Assembly (NCBI GenBank): GCA_902785135.1
Contig: CACZXL010000002.1
Location: 10,710 to 74,709, forward strand
DNA from: an uncultured Erysipelotrichaceae bacterium
Lineage (GTDB): Bacteria > Bacillota_I > Bacilli_A > RF39 > UBA660
Direction of reading: 5' to 3'
Length of the DNA: 64,000 nucleotides
Below the pieces are notes generated by a model. That model did no database searches. It was not told the origin of the DNA and saw only the letters and a program-made list of their open reading frames with translations. A program made the translations under genes and the position numbers. How positions within the stretch are numbered: the first letter of the stretch is position 1; each line of letters begins with the position of its first letter. Positions 38,201 through 46,468 of the stretch are shown here, piece by piece.

Positions 38201-40010
38201 CTTCATTAGCTCTAATACATGGACCACCATATAAGTTTTGAATTTGATTTACATCATAATTTGCTAAATTACTAGCAACTGTAGCACATTGATTAATTGC
38301 CATTTCTTTATCATCTTCATCAGAGAAGTTTATTGAAGCAACATCATTTGCTACATAATTGCTTGAATCCCATGATCCTGAAACAAATTTAACTTCAAAA
38401 TCGCTTGGAGATATTCCTTCACACTTAGAACCTCCACAACTTAATTTAATATCATAATCTTTTCCATCTTCAATAGGTATAAATCTATATGCATTATCAT
38501 CAATTTTAAATACTTCTTTTAGCCCTTGATCAGATAATGTCTTATTATAATTAAATTTAGTTATATATTTGATTGTTGTTCCTTTTGATACAGCTCCTGT
38601 ACCATTAGTCATATTAACGCCAGCTACATTCTTATTAGTTGCTATCTTAGAACCAGTATTATCATAGAATGCAGTAGATACAGAAAAATCTGAATTTTCA
38701 TAATATTTATTAACTACACTAGCTGTTGCATTATTAAGTGCTAATGTAGCTCCTGTACTTGAACTTACACTACCATTAGCTGTATTCATATTAACAGTTA
38801 TATCTCTTTTTCTATCAGCTTTTGTTCTTGGTGAAAATACAGTTATTGCTACTGTAGATATATAATTATCTTTATTAGCAATTGAATTATTATCAGCACC
38901 TACACTTGGATATCCATAAGTTGCTACAAAATCATTAATTGATATTCCATAAGTATTATTTGATTTATTTGTTACTGAAACTTTACCAGGTGCAACTATT
39001 TCTTTATTTTTACTATTTGAATCAGATGTACTATATGGCATATTAACAACTATAGGTTCAATAACACCTTCATTCTTTTGAGCATATAATCTAATCCATT
39101 CTTCTTTAACAATTGGTGCTTCTGTACCATCTTGTGTAAATGATGCATCAAAATTAATTGATCCAGTTGGACTTGATAAACCTTTAATTCCAGCTGCTGC
39201 ATCACCATCAATTTTAATACCAGCTATATAAGTAATATATCTTCCAACTTTACCTTCATATACTGCACTTTGATGTTCACCAGTTGATGTCAATATATTT
39301 AATGAAGCAGTAGCTTCTTTTGAAGAAACAACTGTTGGCATATAGTTATTAAATCCAGGTGTAGAATTATAACTATTATTTTCATAAGAATAATAATTAA
39401 CACCTTCAGATATATTTCCTAAATATATACCTTCTTCTGTATCTGTACTTTCTTTTATATTAAATTTAGGATTTATCATAGTACCATTTGGTGCTCCTAA
39501 AACATATAATGTAATCGAATCATCTACAGAACTATATGTATCAGTTCCATCTAATGTATATTCACAAGTTGTCTTACCTGGAGCTTCATTTCTACTACAA
39601 GATACATACTTAGCTTCATCTTCTGTTAAAGTAACTGTTACTTTGATTTTTCTATCTTCAATCGTAGTTGCAGTTCCATCTTTAGCAGATATCGCAAAAT
39701 TAAATTCATATGTCAACATATCATATGATCTTACTATTCTGTTTGTTGAATTAGAATCATTACCTGCAACAAATCCTTCTACTTGAGAATATGCTGGAGC
39801 ATTTTCATTAGAATAATCTAATCCATCATTCACAAATGAACCATTACCAGTTTTAATAGAAGTCATAGTAGCTTTACTAACTCTAAAGTCATTATCACCA
39901 CTATTCGCACTTGTTACTGTATATATAACAAAGCTTAATCCTAATAAAACTATTAATAATGTTCCTAATATCATTATTTTTTTCTTTTTACTATTACCCA
40001 TACTTTTCAC
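35211..40010 (-). CDS. large (1599 aa) surface protein, paralog of 17873..22390 (SdrD-B-like domain plus W-rich C-terminal module)
   Basis: Motifs shared with the 1505-aa protein: NRIVRS.D, NP.F.IKE.TDTE.G..LG, GGPCI(K/R).N, ITK.IIQTKEG.K.P....VTV......RV.NV.DIT.TYQA.VV.S.SD.DS, GADDSW(F/Y)I, ISGR.FID...GV, GVNWHVI, DFWL.N, KEVRPVIT.S..NI. Confidence 0.8.
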   Translation of the reverse strand: MKSMGNSKKKKIMILGTLLIVLLGLSFVIYTVTSANSGDNDFRVSKATMTSIKTGNGSFVNDGLDYSNENAPAYSQVEGFVAGNDSNSTNRIVRSYDMLTYEFNFAISAKDGTATTIEDRKIKVTVTLTEDEAKYVSCSRNEAPGKTTCEYTLDGTDTYSSVDDSITLYVLGAPNGTMINPKFNIKESTDTEEGIYLGNISEGVNYYSYENNSYNSTPGFNNYMPTVVSSKEATASLNILTSTGEHQSAVYEGKVGRYITYIAGIKIDGDAAAGIKGLSSPTGSINFDASFTQDGTEAPIVKEEWIRLYAQKNEGVIEPIVVNMPYSTSDSNSKNKEIVAPGKVSVTNKSNNTYGISINDFVATYGYPSVGADNNSIANKDNYISTVAITVFSPRTKADRKRDITVNMNTANGSVSSSTGATLALNNATASVVNKYYENSDFSVSTAFYDNTGSKIATNKNVAGVNMTNGTGAVSKGTTIKYITKFNYNKTLSDQGLKEVFKIDDNAYRFIPIEDGKDYDIKLSCGGSKCEGISPSDFEVKFVSGSWDSSNYVANDVASINFSDEDDKEMAINQCATVASNLANYDVNQIQNLYGGPCIRANEGVEETFDRITAAKDGDKEIHITKAIIQTKEGVKVPDNISVTVEFNIRVRNVSDITQTYQATVVTSSSDYDSELIYYSPIISLEEDSLCNPNNYKKTQYRGREIIAGDDSTFGDSLRIVSFTSREELTVKNKNSDGSTKTNYDIKDNETITYNVKTIIEDNNETVGADDSWYINSLIVSVKIPNEMEYMKDNDLMQPESVESRADGTYLFYRLPYTKPNMKIPEIEFRTRIKPTLHANEDDSPIPITVESSVYAQNINGETDNSIVGALSSKYTIYATGFNSIIVQQEVGNSGTVIEKNGEINYTLKAYNNTGTDVDDYAIIDVFPYSKDENNSIVSGSYSAKVELPDSLSGVTIKCSSQTPANIKKEVNNTQNVWNDCDITEEYVDNVTAIKVSNINIPHGQYMGDIKLSLKTKNNNYGDTYNNSFMGETSTHSKNHSNVIKVKVVTRKISGRAFIDVTGNGVKDGNEKYLSGISVTLFSIDNNNNVSSVAEATTDKNGYYEFKNLDKGRYKIGFSFEVDKYDLTLRYATEDTSKDSDAYKVDDNGNAEISNKKIPDDPNGIRLTKEITTAEDMDIGFIPKRGLGFDMKKYITRVDLAYNGSINTTNYDNQSSVTITVRNSLNATAKVYYGISITNTSYKSGYINLIEESIPTGMMFDSSDPANQDWFEVNGVIQSRALEDTVIKPGETKYLQIVLYMPNQEEAGVFLNTASVLQSTMYDPEVLVDDKTESSHDDYKIGDSLTYAGVNWHVINVVNNISREQAIVDLGYVDGELTEEQERDVTSYLNRNQILTLMADSGTISENKGHTLTSDETYRWSSSQINGYLNNLWQNTNTLNLPTLYDQVICDDASGLQTASYGGTMASEGTCISGMYTTSKVRLLTLAEYSYLTKSQAAGGAGLSDVSWLNGSRDFWLQNSDYISPEYLQPYINAYGDSIAKKDGSAVYNPVDYGIQQNSVHNKAMYIDRTNKINKTATANTGKEVRPVITVSTHNIVLE

Positions 40011-40071
40011 CTATTTTCTATAGTAAAATTATAACATCTACATATTTTTTTTTCAAGCATATTTATAACAA

Positions 40072-40103
40072 AAAAAAGAAAATATAAAATTATTTTCTTT
40101 TTT
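40072..40103 (-). terminator. rho-independent terminator after the macro-domain gene
   Basis: AAAGAAAATA taaaat TATTTTCTTT. Confidence 0.35.
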
Positions 40104-40107
40104 TGTA

Positions 40108-40860
40108 TTATTCAAAATATTTTTTATATATATCATAATCATCTAATGTATATATATCTATTAATAATTTGTCTATTTCATTATTATTATTCATATACTC
40201 TCTAACTGTTTTAATAAATATATCTGCCACTTCTTCTTTATATTTTGAAGGAACTGAAAGATTAGGTATACATACTGTTTTTATATTATTCTTTTTAGCT
40301 AACTCCAAAGAATTAATATAAAATCTTCTAATTTCTTCTTTCTTATTATCATCAAGTTCATCTTCTATTTCAGGTTTAACAGTATGAATAATATACTTAC
40401 AAGGAAGATTATATCCATCTGTTAAAATAACTTTACTTACTTCTATATTTTGTCCTTTTGTTATTTCTTTACATTTTAATCTAAGAGCAACACCTGCATA
40501 AGAATGAATCTTATTTGAAACACAGTTATGATTTGGTTTTTTACATCCTATCATTGTAGTATCTGTAGGATTAACAACTGCATCACATATTACTGATGTA
40601 ATATCTCCTTGCCATAAAGAAATTCTATCTTCAAAAGAATTAATATCAGTTAATTTTTTTTCTTTTAATTCTAACTGTAATAATTCATCTTCTTTTTCTA
40701 TTATTTGAGCAGGTACAGTTTTAGCATCTCTAACATTTAATAAACCTCTTAAAAAGTCTCTCTTATTAACATAATTGGTTGGTATATCAATAATTGGATA
40801 TGATGCTTCATCTAAATAAAATTTTATTAATTCATTAAGAATTTGTTCCAATTTCATCAC
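40108..40860 (-). CDS. macro-domain protein (ADP-ribose-binding or processing family)
   Basis: WQGDITSVICDAVVNPTDTTMIGC...NCVSNKIHSYAGVALR is a macro-domain core pattern. Confidence 0.5.
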   Translation of the reverse strand: MMKLEQILNELIKFYLDEASYPIIDIPTNYVNKRDFLRGLLNVRDAKTVPAQIIEKEDELLQLELKEKKLTDINSFEDRISLWQGDITSVICDAVVNPTDTTMIGCKKPNHNCVSNKIHSYAGVALRLKCKEITKGQNIEVSKVILTDGYNLPCKYIIHTVKPEIEDELDDNKKEEIRRFYINSLELAKKNNIKTVCIPNLSVPSKYKEEVADIFIKTVREYMNNNNEIDKLLIDIYTLDDYDIYKKYFE

Positions 40861-40907
40861 CTACTTATATTATACTCTAAAAATCAAAAAGAAAATAGAT
40901 GTAAAAC

Positions 40908-41960
40908 CTATTTTCTATTAAATATCATATTAATAACTAAACCTAATCCTATACATAAACTAGAAATTGATACTAGTATTGATATAAATGGTATTAGATC
41001 TAATACATAAATAACTAATAAACCAATTAATAATACTAATAATCTATTCTTAATCTTATTTCCTAAAATCATATTACTAAAATAATAACTAGTAAATATT
41101 GTTGATAAATAAGCACATACAATAAATAAATCTAATAGTATTAAACCTGTACTTAATCCTACCATAGTAATCATAATAATCATAGCTGCGATAGGAACAA
41201 CAAATAATGTTAATGCACCATATCCTAAATTCTTTAATATAGTATTTTTATCTTGTTTAGCAATTTTTTCATATAATTTAGGAAATAATAATAACATAAT
41301 AACTGCGATTAATAATGCATTAGCAAATGAGAATACTTTACCCATTAATACGCTAACAAATGTTGCTTTTGTATCTACTTTTACACCTATATTATTATTC
41401 TTTTCTTTCTTAATTGATCCAATTACTGCAGTTTTACTTATATTTGTTTTTGAATCAGATGAATATTTTAATACACCTTTGATAACTGTATTATCTTTAA
41501 CAACAATTTCACTTGCGTATATAGTTACATTACCTTCAACAGTACCTGAAACAAATACTTTATTTCCTACAAGATAAACATTTCTTCCAGCTTTACTATC
41601 AAATCTTACTGTTTCTCCTGCAACATATGCATCTCTTTCAAAAGTCGAATCATTAACAGATACATTATATCCAGCAATAAATGCATCTCTTGATTTTTGT
41701 GAATTAACTTTTACTACATTACCTGAAGTAAATAAGTATTCACTTTCCCCACTTTGATTAACTATATTACCTGCTGAGAATAATATACCATCAACTGTTG
41801 AATCAATTTCAACATCATTACCTGCAACAAATGCAGATCCGTTAAAATCATCACTTACAGAAACACTATCATCTGCTTTATACAATGTATCAGTTAAAGC
41901 AAATACTGGTAAAGCTGTAAACATGATTAAAACTAATAAAATTTTAATATACTTTTTCAT
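40908..41960 (-). CDS. secreted beta-helix (bactofilin-like repeat) domain protein with a C-terminal polytopic membrane anchor
   Basis: Signal peptide, then repetitive (A/V)GN.V...S.V.G motifs (FVAGNDVEIDSTVDGILFSAGNIV, YVAGETVRFDSKAGRNVYLVGNKVFVSGTVEGNVTIY), then 4 or 5 TM helices. Confidence 0.45.
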   Translation of the reverse strand: MKKYIKILLVLIMFTALPVFALTDTLYKADDSVSVSDDFNGSAFVAGNDVEIDSTVDGILFSAGNIVNQSGESEYLFTSGNVVKVNSQKSRDAFIAGYNVSVNDSTFERDAYVAGETVRFDSKAGRNVYLVGNKVFVSGTVEGNVTIYASEIVVKDNTVIKGVLKYSSDSKTNISKTAVIGSIKKEKNNNIGVKVDTKATFVSVLMGKVFSFANALLIAVIMLLLFPKLYEKIAKQDKNTILKNLGYGALTLFVVPIAAMIIMITMVGLSTGLILLDLFIVCAYLSTIFTSYYFSNMILGNKIKNRLLVLLIGLLVIYVLDLIPFISILVSISSLCIGLGLVINMIFNRK

Positions 41961-41994
41961 ATACTCCTACCTTTCAATATGATTATAACACAAA

Positions 41995-42717
41995 TCAAAT
42001 ACAATCATTAATATTACAAATAATATTGTCAAATTTCTCTTTATATTTGTCAACATCATCTTTAGATTTCATTGTCCAAGCAACAACAGTTTTCTTCTTT
42101 TTAAAGTTTTTAACTTTTTTATTCTTATATAATTTCTTATCAACCGCTAAAAAATCAGGTTTAGATATAAATATATCAAATGGTAATAAGAACAAATTAT
42201 TAATAAATATATTTTTAATCTTACTTCTAAAACTACCTATTAATAATCCTCTTAAATAATCATTTTTATGAAACCTAAAATAAGAGACTAAAAATGGATC
42301 AAAACTTTGAATCGCAACTTCTCCTTTATATGTTTTTAATCTTTCTAAAAGTAATCTAGGAAGTTCAAATCCTTTAACATCATATTTTATTTCAATTAAT
42401 ATCGGTACTTTTCCATCTATTAGTTCTAATACTTCATCAAGTGATGGAATAGTATAATTAGTATCTAATAATTTAATCTTTTGCATTTCATCTAAAGTTA
42501 ATTCTTTAATCTTTCCTGTTTTCTTAGTCATTCTATCTAATTCCATATCATGAAAAACAACTATTTTTTTATCTTTAGTTAAATGTACATCAAATTCTAT
42601 TACATACCCTTTATTAATAGCGCTTTTAAATGCCTTAATAGAATTTTCAGGAACTTTATCATTATCAAAAATACCTCTATGCGCAATAGTATTTTTTACT
42701 AAAAAATTATCTTTCAT
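41995..42717 (-). CDS. glycerophosphodiester phosphodiesterase family protein
   Basis: IAHRG...ENS..AF..A...GY.IEFDVHLTKD...VVFHD fits the GDPD signature. Its start overlaps the rSAM stop (ATGA). Confidence 0.75.
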   Translation of the reverse strand: MKDNFLVKNTIAHRGIFDNDKVPENSIKAFKSAINKGYVIEFDVHLTKDKKIVVFHDMELDRMTKKTGKIKELTLDEMQKIKLLDTNYTIPSLDEVLELIDGKVPILIEIKYDVKGFELPRLLLERLKTYKGEVAIQSFDPFLVSYFRFHKNDYLRGLLIGSFRSKIKNIFINNLFLLPFDIFISKPDFLAVDKKLYKNKKVKNFKKKKTVVAWTMKSKDDVDKYKEKFDNIICNINDCI

Positions 42718-43697
42718 AAATCACACCCTACATCTTTTAAATTATAACTTCCTGTAACTGCGTAAGTTAAGCATTTAAGTCCACCTCTACATCTATTAGA
42801 ATGTTCACACTTCATGCAGTCTTCTGGAATAGTTTTTTTTCTTAAATCTTTTAATATTTCATTATTCTTATATATATCATACATACTATCAACTAGTACA
42901 TTACCAACAACTATAGGCATTCTTCTACAAGGAACTAGATCACCATTTTCCATAACAGTAAGTAAAGTATCACCACAGGTACAAGAATATGCATATTCAT
43001 TTGTTCTAGTAAATTGTAATGCCCTATTCATAGATATTCTTGTTTTAGACTTTTTATTCATTTTTAATCTTTCTTTTTTCATAATATCTAAATATTCTTT
43101 AGTCTCTTCTTTAGATAAAGTTAATTCTTTATCCATAGATCCACCAAGTGGTATATATCTATCAGACCATATATTATCTACTTTTAATCTTTTTCCATAT
43201 CTAACTACTTTTGGAAATTCTTTATAATTAATATGATTCGCAGTAAAACTGATAGATGTAAATATACCAGCTTTTTTCAAGTTTCTAATTCCCTTTTTTA
43301 TTTGATTATATGTTCCTTTTCCTCTTATATAATCATTTATCTTTTTACCGCCTTCTAAACTAACCTGAACATAATCAGGATTATAACTCTTTAGTTTTAA
43401 TGCAGTATCTAGATCTATTAAAGTACCATTAGTTAGTATTGAAAAACTAACTTTATTATCTTTCTTTATTAAATCTAATATCTTAAATAAATGAGGATTA
43501 CAAAAAGGTTCTCCTCCTGTTATATTTATATGTCCTCTCATACCAAGTTTATCTATTAAATTAATAAATTCATAATAAATATGTTCTAACTTTTTATAAG
43601 AAATACACATAGGAACATGATCTTCTTGATAACAATGTAAACATCTAAGATTACAGTTTTCAGATAGATGCCACTGTAAGATAAAGGTTCTTACCAT
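42714..43697 (-). CDS. radical SAM enzyme with a C-terminal SPASM-type auxiliary Fe-S cluster domain (peptide or protein-modifying maturase-like)
   Basis: CNLRCLHC (Cx3Cx2C) about 20 aa from the true start MVRTF, a GGEP-type glycine motif (ITGGEPF), and a C-terminal Cys cluster C.C..(20)..C...CMKCEHSNRCRGGLKC. The ORF-track N-terminal extension (43698..43766) is only the out-of-frame reading of the upstream gene's Cys-repeat DNA. Confidence 0.8.
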   Translation of the reverse strand: MVRTFILQWHLSENCNLRCLHCYQEDHVPMCISYKKLEHIYYEFINLIDKLGMRGHINITGGEPFCNPHLFKILDLIKKDNKVSFSILTNGTLIDLDTALKLKSYNPDYVQVSLEGGKKINDYIRGKGTYNQIKKGIRNLKKAGIFTSISFTANHINYKEFPKVVRYGKRLKVDNIWSDRYIPLGGSMDKELTLSKEETKEYLDIMKKERLKMNKKSKTRISMNRALQFTRTNEYAYSCTCGDTLLTVMENGDLVPCRRMPIVVGNVLVDSMYDIYKNNEILKDLRKKTIPEDCMKCEHSNRCRGGLKCLTYAVTGSYNLKDVGCDL

Positions 43698-45640
43698 GAA
43701 CCTCCACCTCCACAAGAAGAACATCCTCCTCCACAAGATGAGCATCCTCCTCCACAAGAAGAACATCCTGAACTAGAACCACTATATGTTGGAGTTGGTG
43801 AATATATTTGATCTGGTATTCTATCAAATACATCTATATTTACTTTACTTAAATCTGATTTCGGAATCTTAATATTTTCAAACTTCTCTATCCATTTTTT
43901 AGATAAATTTAATACGTAAGTATATGGAAGTATTTGATAGAAATAATCAGGCATTTCTTCTACTAATGTTTCTAATTTGTCTTTTTCTACTTTATCTAAG
44001 AATTCTTTAAAACCAGATATTTCTACTTTTAAATCTTCTCCATATCTACTCTTTCTAGTCATAAAAATGCTAAAGAATAATGTTACAAATACTGATATAA
44101 ATCCTACATAATATAAATAATATATTTTTTGAGGTAAATCTTCTAAATATCTATAAGATACAAACATTAATATTGCGCTTACCCATACTAATGTTAAACT
44201 TAAATATTTAAGAACGTAGCCCACTCTTTCATTAATAACCCATCTATATTCATTATCTAACTTATCCTCTATTTTTTTAAATACTGTATAGAATGTTTGA
44301 TGCTGACTTAAATAAATTTCTTCACTACCTTTTATTAATTCTTTTAATACTATTTGTTCATATTCATTTAATTCTGATACTTTCTTATTATATTTTTCTA
44401 ACTTTTTCTTATAATCTTCATCATCTTTATTTGGTTTTTGACCCTTAATTATAATAGCGTGATCTTTACCTTCTTTAATAGTTATCATCTTTTTGGCCGC
44501 AAGTTCTATTATTAAACTAGTTACTAATTTTCTAGAATAATTATTTGAATTTACATAACCTAGCTCGGCAGAAGATAAATTTCTAGGTGGCATATAATTA
44601 ATTACTTTTTCTTTCTTTTCATAATCTTTACCAAATATTAACCATAATATGAATGTTATAACCGCTAATGAAATACATATAATAATACATGTTAATGATT
44701 TATAACCATAATTAAATTCACCATTAGCAAAATAATTATCTGGTAGTTCTATATCTACTGTTAAAGATTTATCTAATACTTTAGGACAATTACCTTTACT
44801 AGATTTATAAGTTTTTTCTTCATTTAATCTTGCATAAACTTTATTACCAGTAACAGTATAATCAACCGAATCAGTAACTTCACATTTGCGTGTTTTATCC
44901 ATAAAGAAATGAACATTATCTTTTTCTATTGATTTAGGCATAGTAATTTCAATTGTAGGATTCTTTATATTAGTTCCCCAATAATCACCATATGCATGAA
45001 ATATAAACTCATCATATCCTTCATAAGGATCAGTACCCATATCATATGTATACTTAATAACATAGTTCTTTAAACCTGTATCTAATGTTTTATATTGGCT
45101 ACCTATTTTTATTCTAGGTTTCTTTTTAACTATATCTGTTGAATAATTATAAGTCTCATCATTCAAGCCTGTTGGATCTTCCGCTCTTAAATTACTAAGA
45201 ATAGATTTTCTTCTAATAGTCTTACCATCTTTATTAGTATATTTAAACCATTCTGGAGTAAATTTATATATTCCATGATGACCAGCTTCATAAAAGTTAA
45301 TACCAATATCTTCTTCTACATCCACCTTTAAATCATCTTTTACATCTAATTTAACAGTATAGTTTTCTATAGTAAAACCATCTGCTACAACTGTTTCATT
45401 TGTTTCTAAATTTATTTTTTGAGAAAGTAATGGAAATAGCATTACAATTAAACAAATAATTGTAATAGAATACATTACAACTTTTCCTAGTTTTCTATAT
45501 GTTTCGTTAGAACCTTCACTACTACTTTTAACAATAATTGGAATTAATATAATTATAAAAAATATAAAAGTCCACATACTATCACTACCTTTAATAAGAT
45601 TATAACATAATAAAAAAATATGCTCTATAAATTTAAGCAT
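43691..45640 (-). CDS. DUF2207-like polytopic membrane protein ending in a (CSSCGGG)x3 cysteine-repeat tail
   Basis: N-terminal hydrophobic segments, an extracytoplasmic domain of about 270 aa, a TM, the DUF2207-type motif YMPPRNLSSAELGYV, and two more TMs. C-terminus ...SGSSSGCSSCGGGCSSCGGGCSSCGGGGSW. The TGG-TAA end overlaps the ATG of the rSAM gene. Confidence 0.65.
   Translation of the reverse strand: MLKFIEHIFLLCYNLIKGSDSMWTFIFFIIILIPIIVKSSSEGSNETYRKLGKVVMYSITIICLIVMLFPLLSQKINLETNETVVADGFTIENYTVKLDVKDDLKVDVEEDIGINFYEAGHHGIYKFTPEWFKYTNKDGKTIRRKSILSNLRAEDPTGLNDETYNYSTDIVKKKPRIKIGSQYKTLDTGLKNYVIKYTYDMGTDPYEGYDEFIFHAYGDYWGTNIKNPTIEITMPKSIEKDNVHFFMDKTRKCEVTDSVDYTVTGNKVYARLNEEKTYKSSKGNCPKVLDKSLTVDIELPDNYFANGEFNYGYKSLTCIIICISLAVITFILWLIFGKDYEKKEKVINYMPPRNLSSAELGYVNSNNYSRKLVTSLIIELAAKKMITIKEGKDHAIIIKGQKPNKDDEDYKKKLEKYNKKVSELNEYEQIVLKELIKGSEEIYLSQHQTFYTVFKKIEDKLDNEYRWVINERVGYVLKYLSLTLVWVSAILMFVSYRYLEDLPQKIYYLYYVGFISVFVTLFFSIFMTRKSRYGEDLKVEISGFKEFLDKVEKDKLETLVEEMPDYFYQILPYTYVLNLSKKWIEKFENIKIPKSDLSKVNIDVFDRIPDQIYSPTPTYSGSSSGCSSCGGGCSSCGGGCSSCGGGGSW
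43694..43770 (-). repeat. three tandem 21-nt coding repeats (GGATG(T/C)TC(T/A)TCTTGTGGAGGAGGA) encoding (CSSCGGG)x3 across the gene junction
   Basis: Read directly from the sequence. Confidence 0.8.
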
Positions 45641-45643
45641 ATT

Positions 45644-46468
45644 TTATTCATAATCATCTAAGAAAGAATATTTCTTATCGCCTTTTTTATATCCAAGAAT
45701 ACAATTTAAATTAACATTACTTGTAGATATAAATATATTATTTTCTATATTCTTATTCTTTTCTTTTAGTTTTTTTATTAGATTTTTCATCTCTTGTCTT
45801 TTACTCTTTCCATCATCAAGAATAGAACATCCTTCAAGTAAAGGACAAGCACAATTTATAAAATCTAATTCATTATATTTTTTCCAAGAAATAATATCTT
45901 CTTCATGTATTAAATACATTGGTCTTATTAATTCTATTCCTTCAAAGTTATCACTATGTAGTTTTGGCATCATAGTCTTAATCTCAGATGAATAAAACAT
46001 AGATAAAAGAGTTGTTTCTATTACATCAGAAAAATGATGACCTAACGCAATCTTATTACAGCCTAGTTCCTGAGCTTTAGAATATAGATATCCTCTTCTC
46101 ATTCTTGCACACATATAACATGGTTCATTTGGTGTTATTTTCTTAATAACATCAAATATATCACTTTCAAATATTTCTATTGGTATATCCATTAATTTAG
46201 CATTATCTTTTATATATTGAAGATTATAGTCATTATAACCTGGATTCATACATACAAATCTAGCTTCAAATTTAAACTTACCATGTCTAATTAATTCTTG
46301 GATACATTTAGCCATTAAAAATGAATCTTTACCACCAGAAATACAAACCATAACTTTATCATTTTCTTTTATTAATTCGTAATCCGCTACTCCCTTAACA
46401 AACTTAGACCAAATCTCTTTTCTAAATTTAGTAATAATACTTCTTTCTATTTCTTTACTCTTTTCCAT
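45644..46468 (-). CDS. TtcA-family PP-loop tRNA thiolase-like protein
   Basis: PP-loop CISGGKDS and the Cys motifs CYMCARMRRG and CACP. It overlaps the cysteine desulfurase gene upstream and lies 3 nt from the DUF2207-like gene downstream. Confidence 0.65.
   Translation of the reverse strand: MEKSKEIERSIITKFRKEIWSKFVKGVADYELIKENDKVMVCISGGKDSFLMAKCIQELIRHGKFKFEARFVCMNPGYNDYNLQYIKDNAKLMDIPIEIFESDIFDVIKKITPNEPCYMCARMRRGYLYSKAQELGCNKIALGHHFSDVIETTLLSMFYSSEIKTMMPKLHSDNFEGIELIRPMYLIHEEDIISWKKYNELDFINCACPLLEGCSILDDGKSKRQEMKNLIKKLKEKNKNIENNIFISTSNVNLNCILGYKKGDKKYSFLDDYE

Noticed and set aside
42026-43227. Plus-strand ORFs 42026..42259 and 42814..43227, assessed as a possible separate precursor-peptide gene for the rSAM
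   Set aside because: Both are antisense inside the GDPD and rSAM coding regions, with no RBS and low-complexity translations. I found no credible small precursor ORF on the operon strand, which is why the in-cis tail is proposed as the substrate.
43698-43766. N-terminal extension of the radical SAM ORF (MFFLWRRMLILWRRMFFLWRWRF...)
   Set aside because: It is the out-of-frame reading of the upstream gene's CSSCGGG repeat DNA. The Fe-S motif and the overlap with the upstream stop place the real start at MVRTF (43697).
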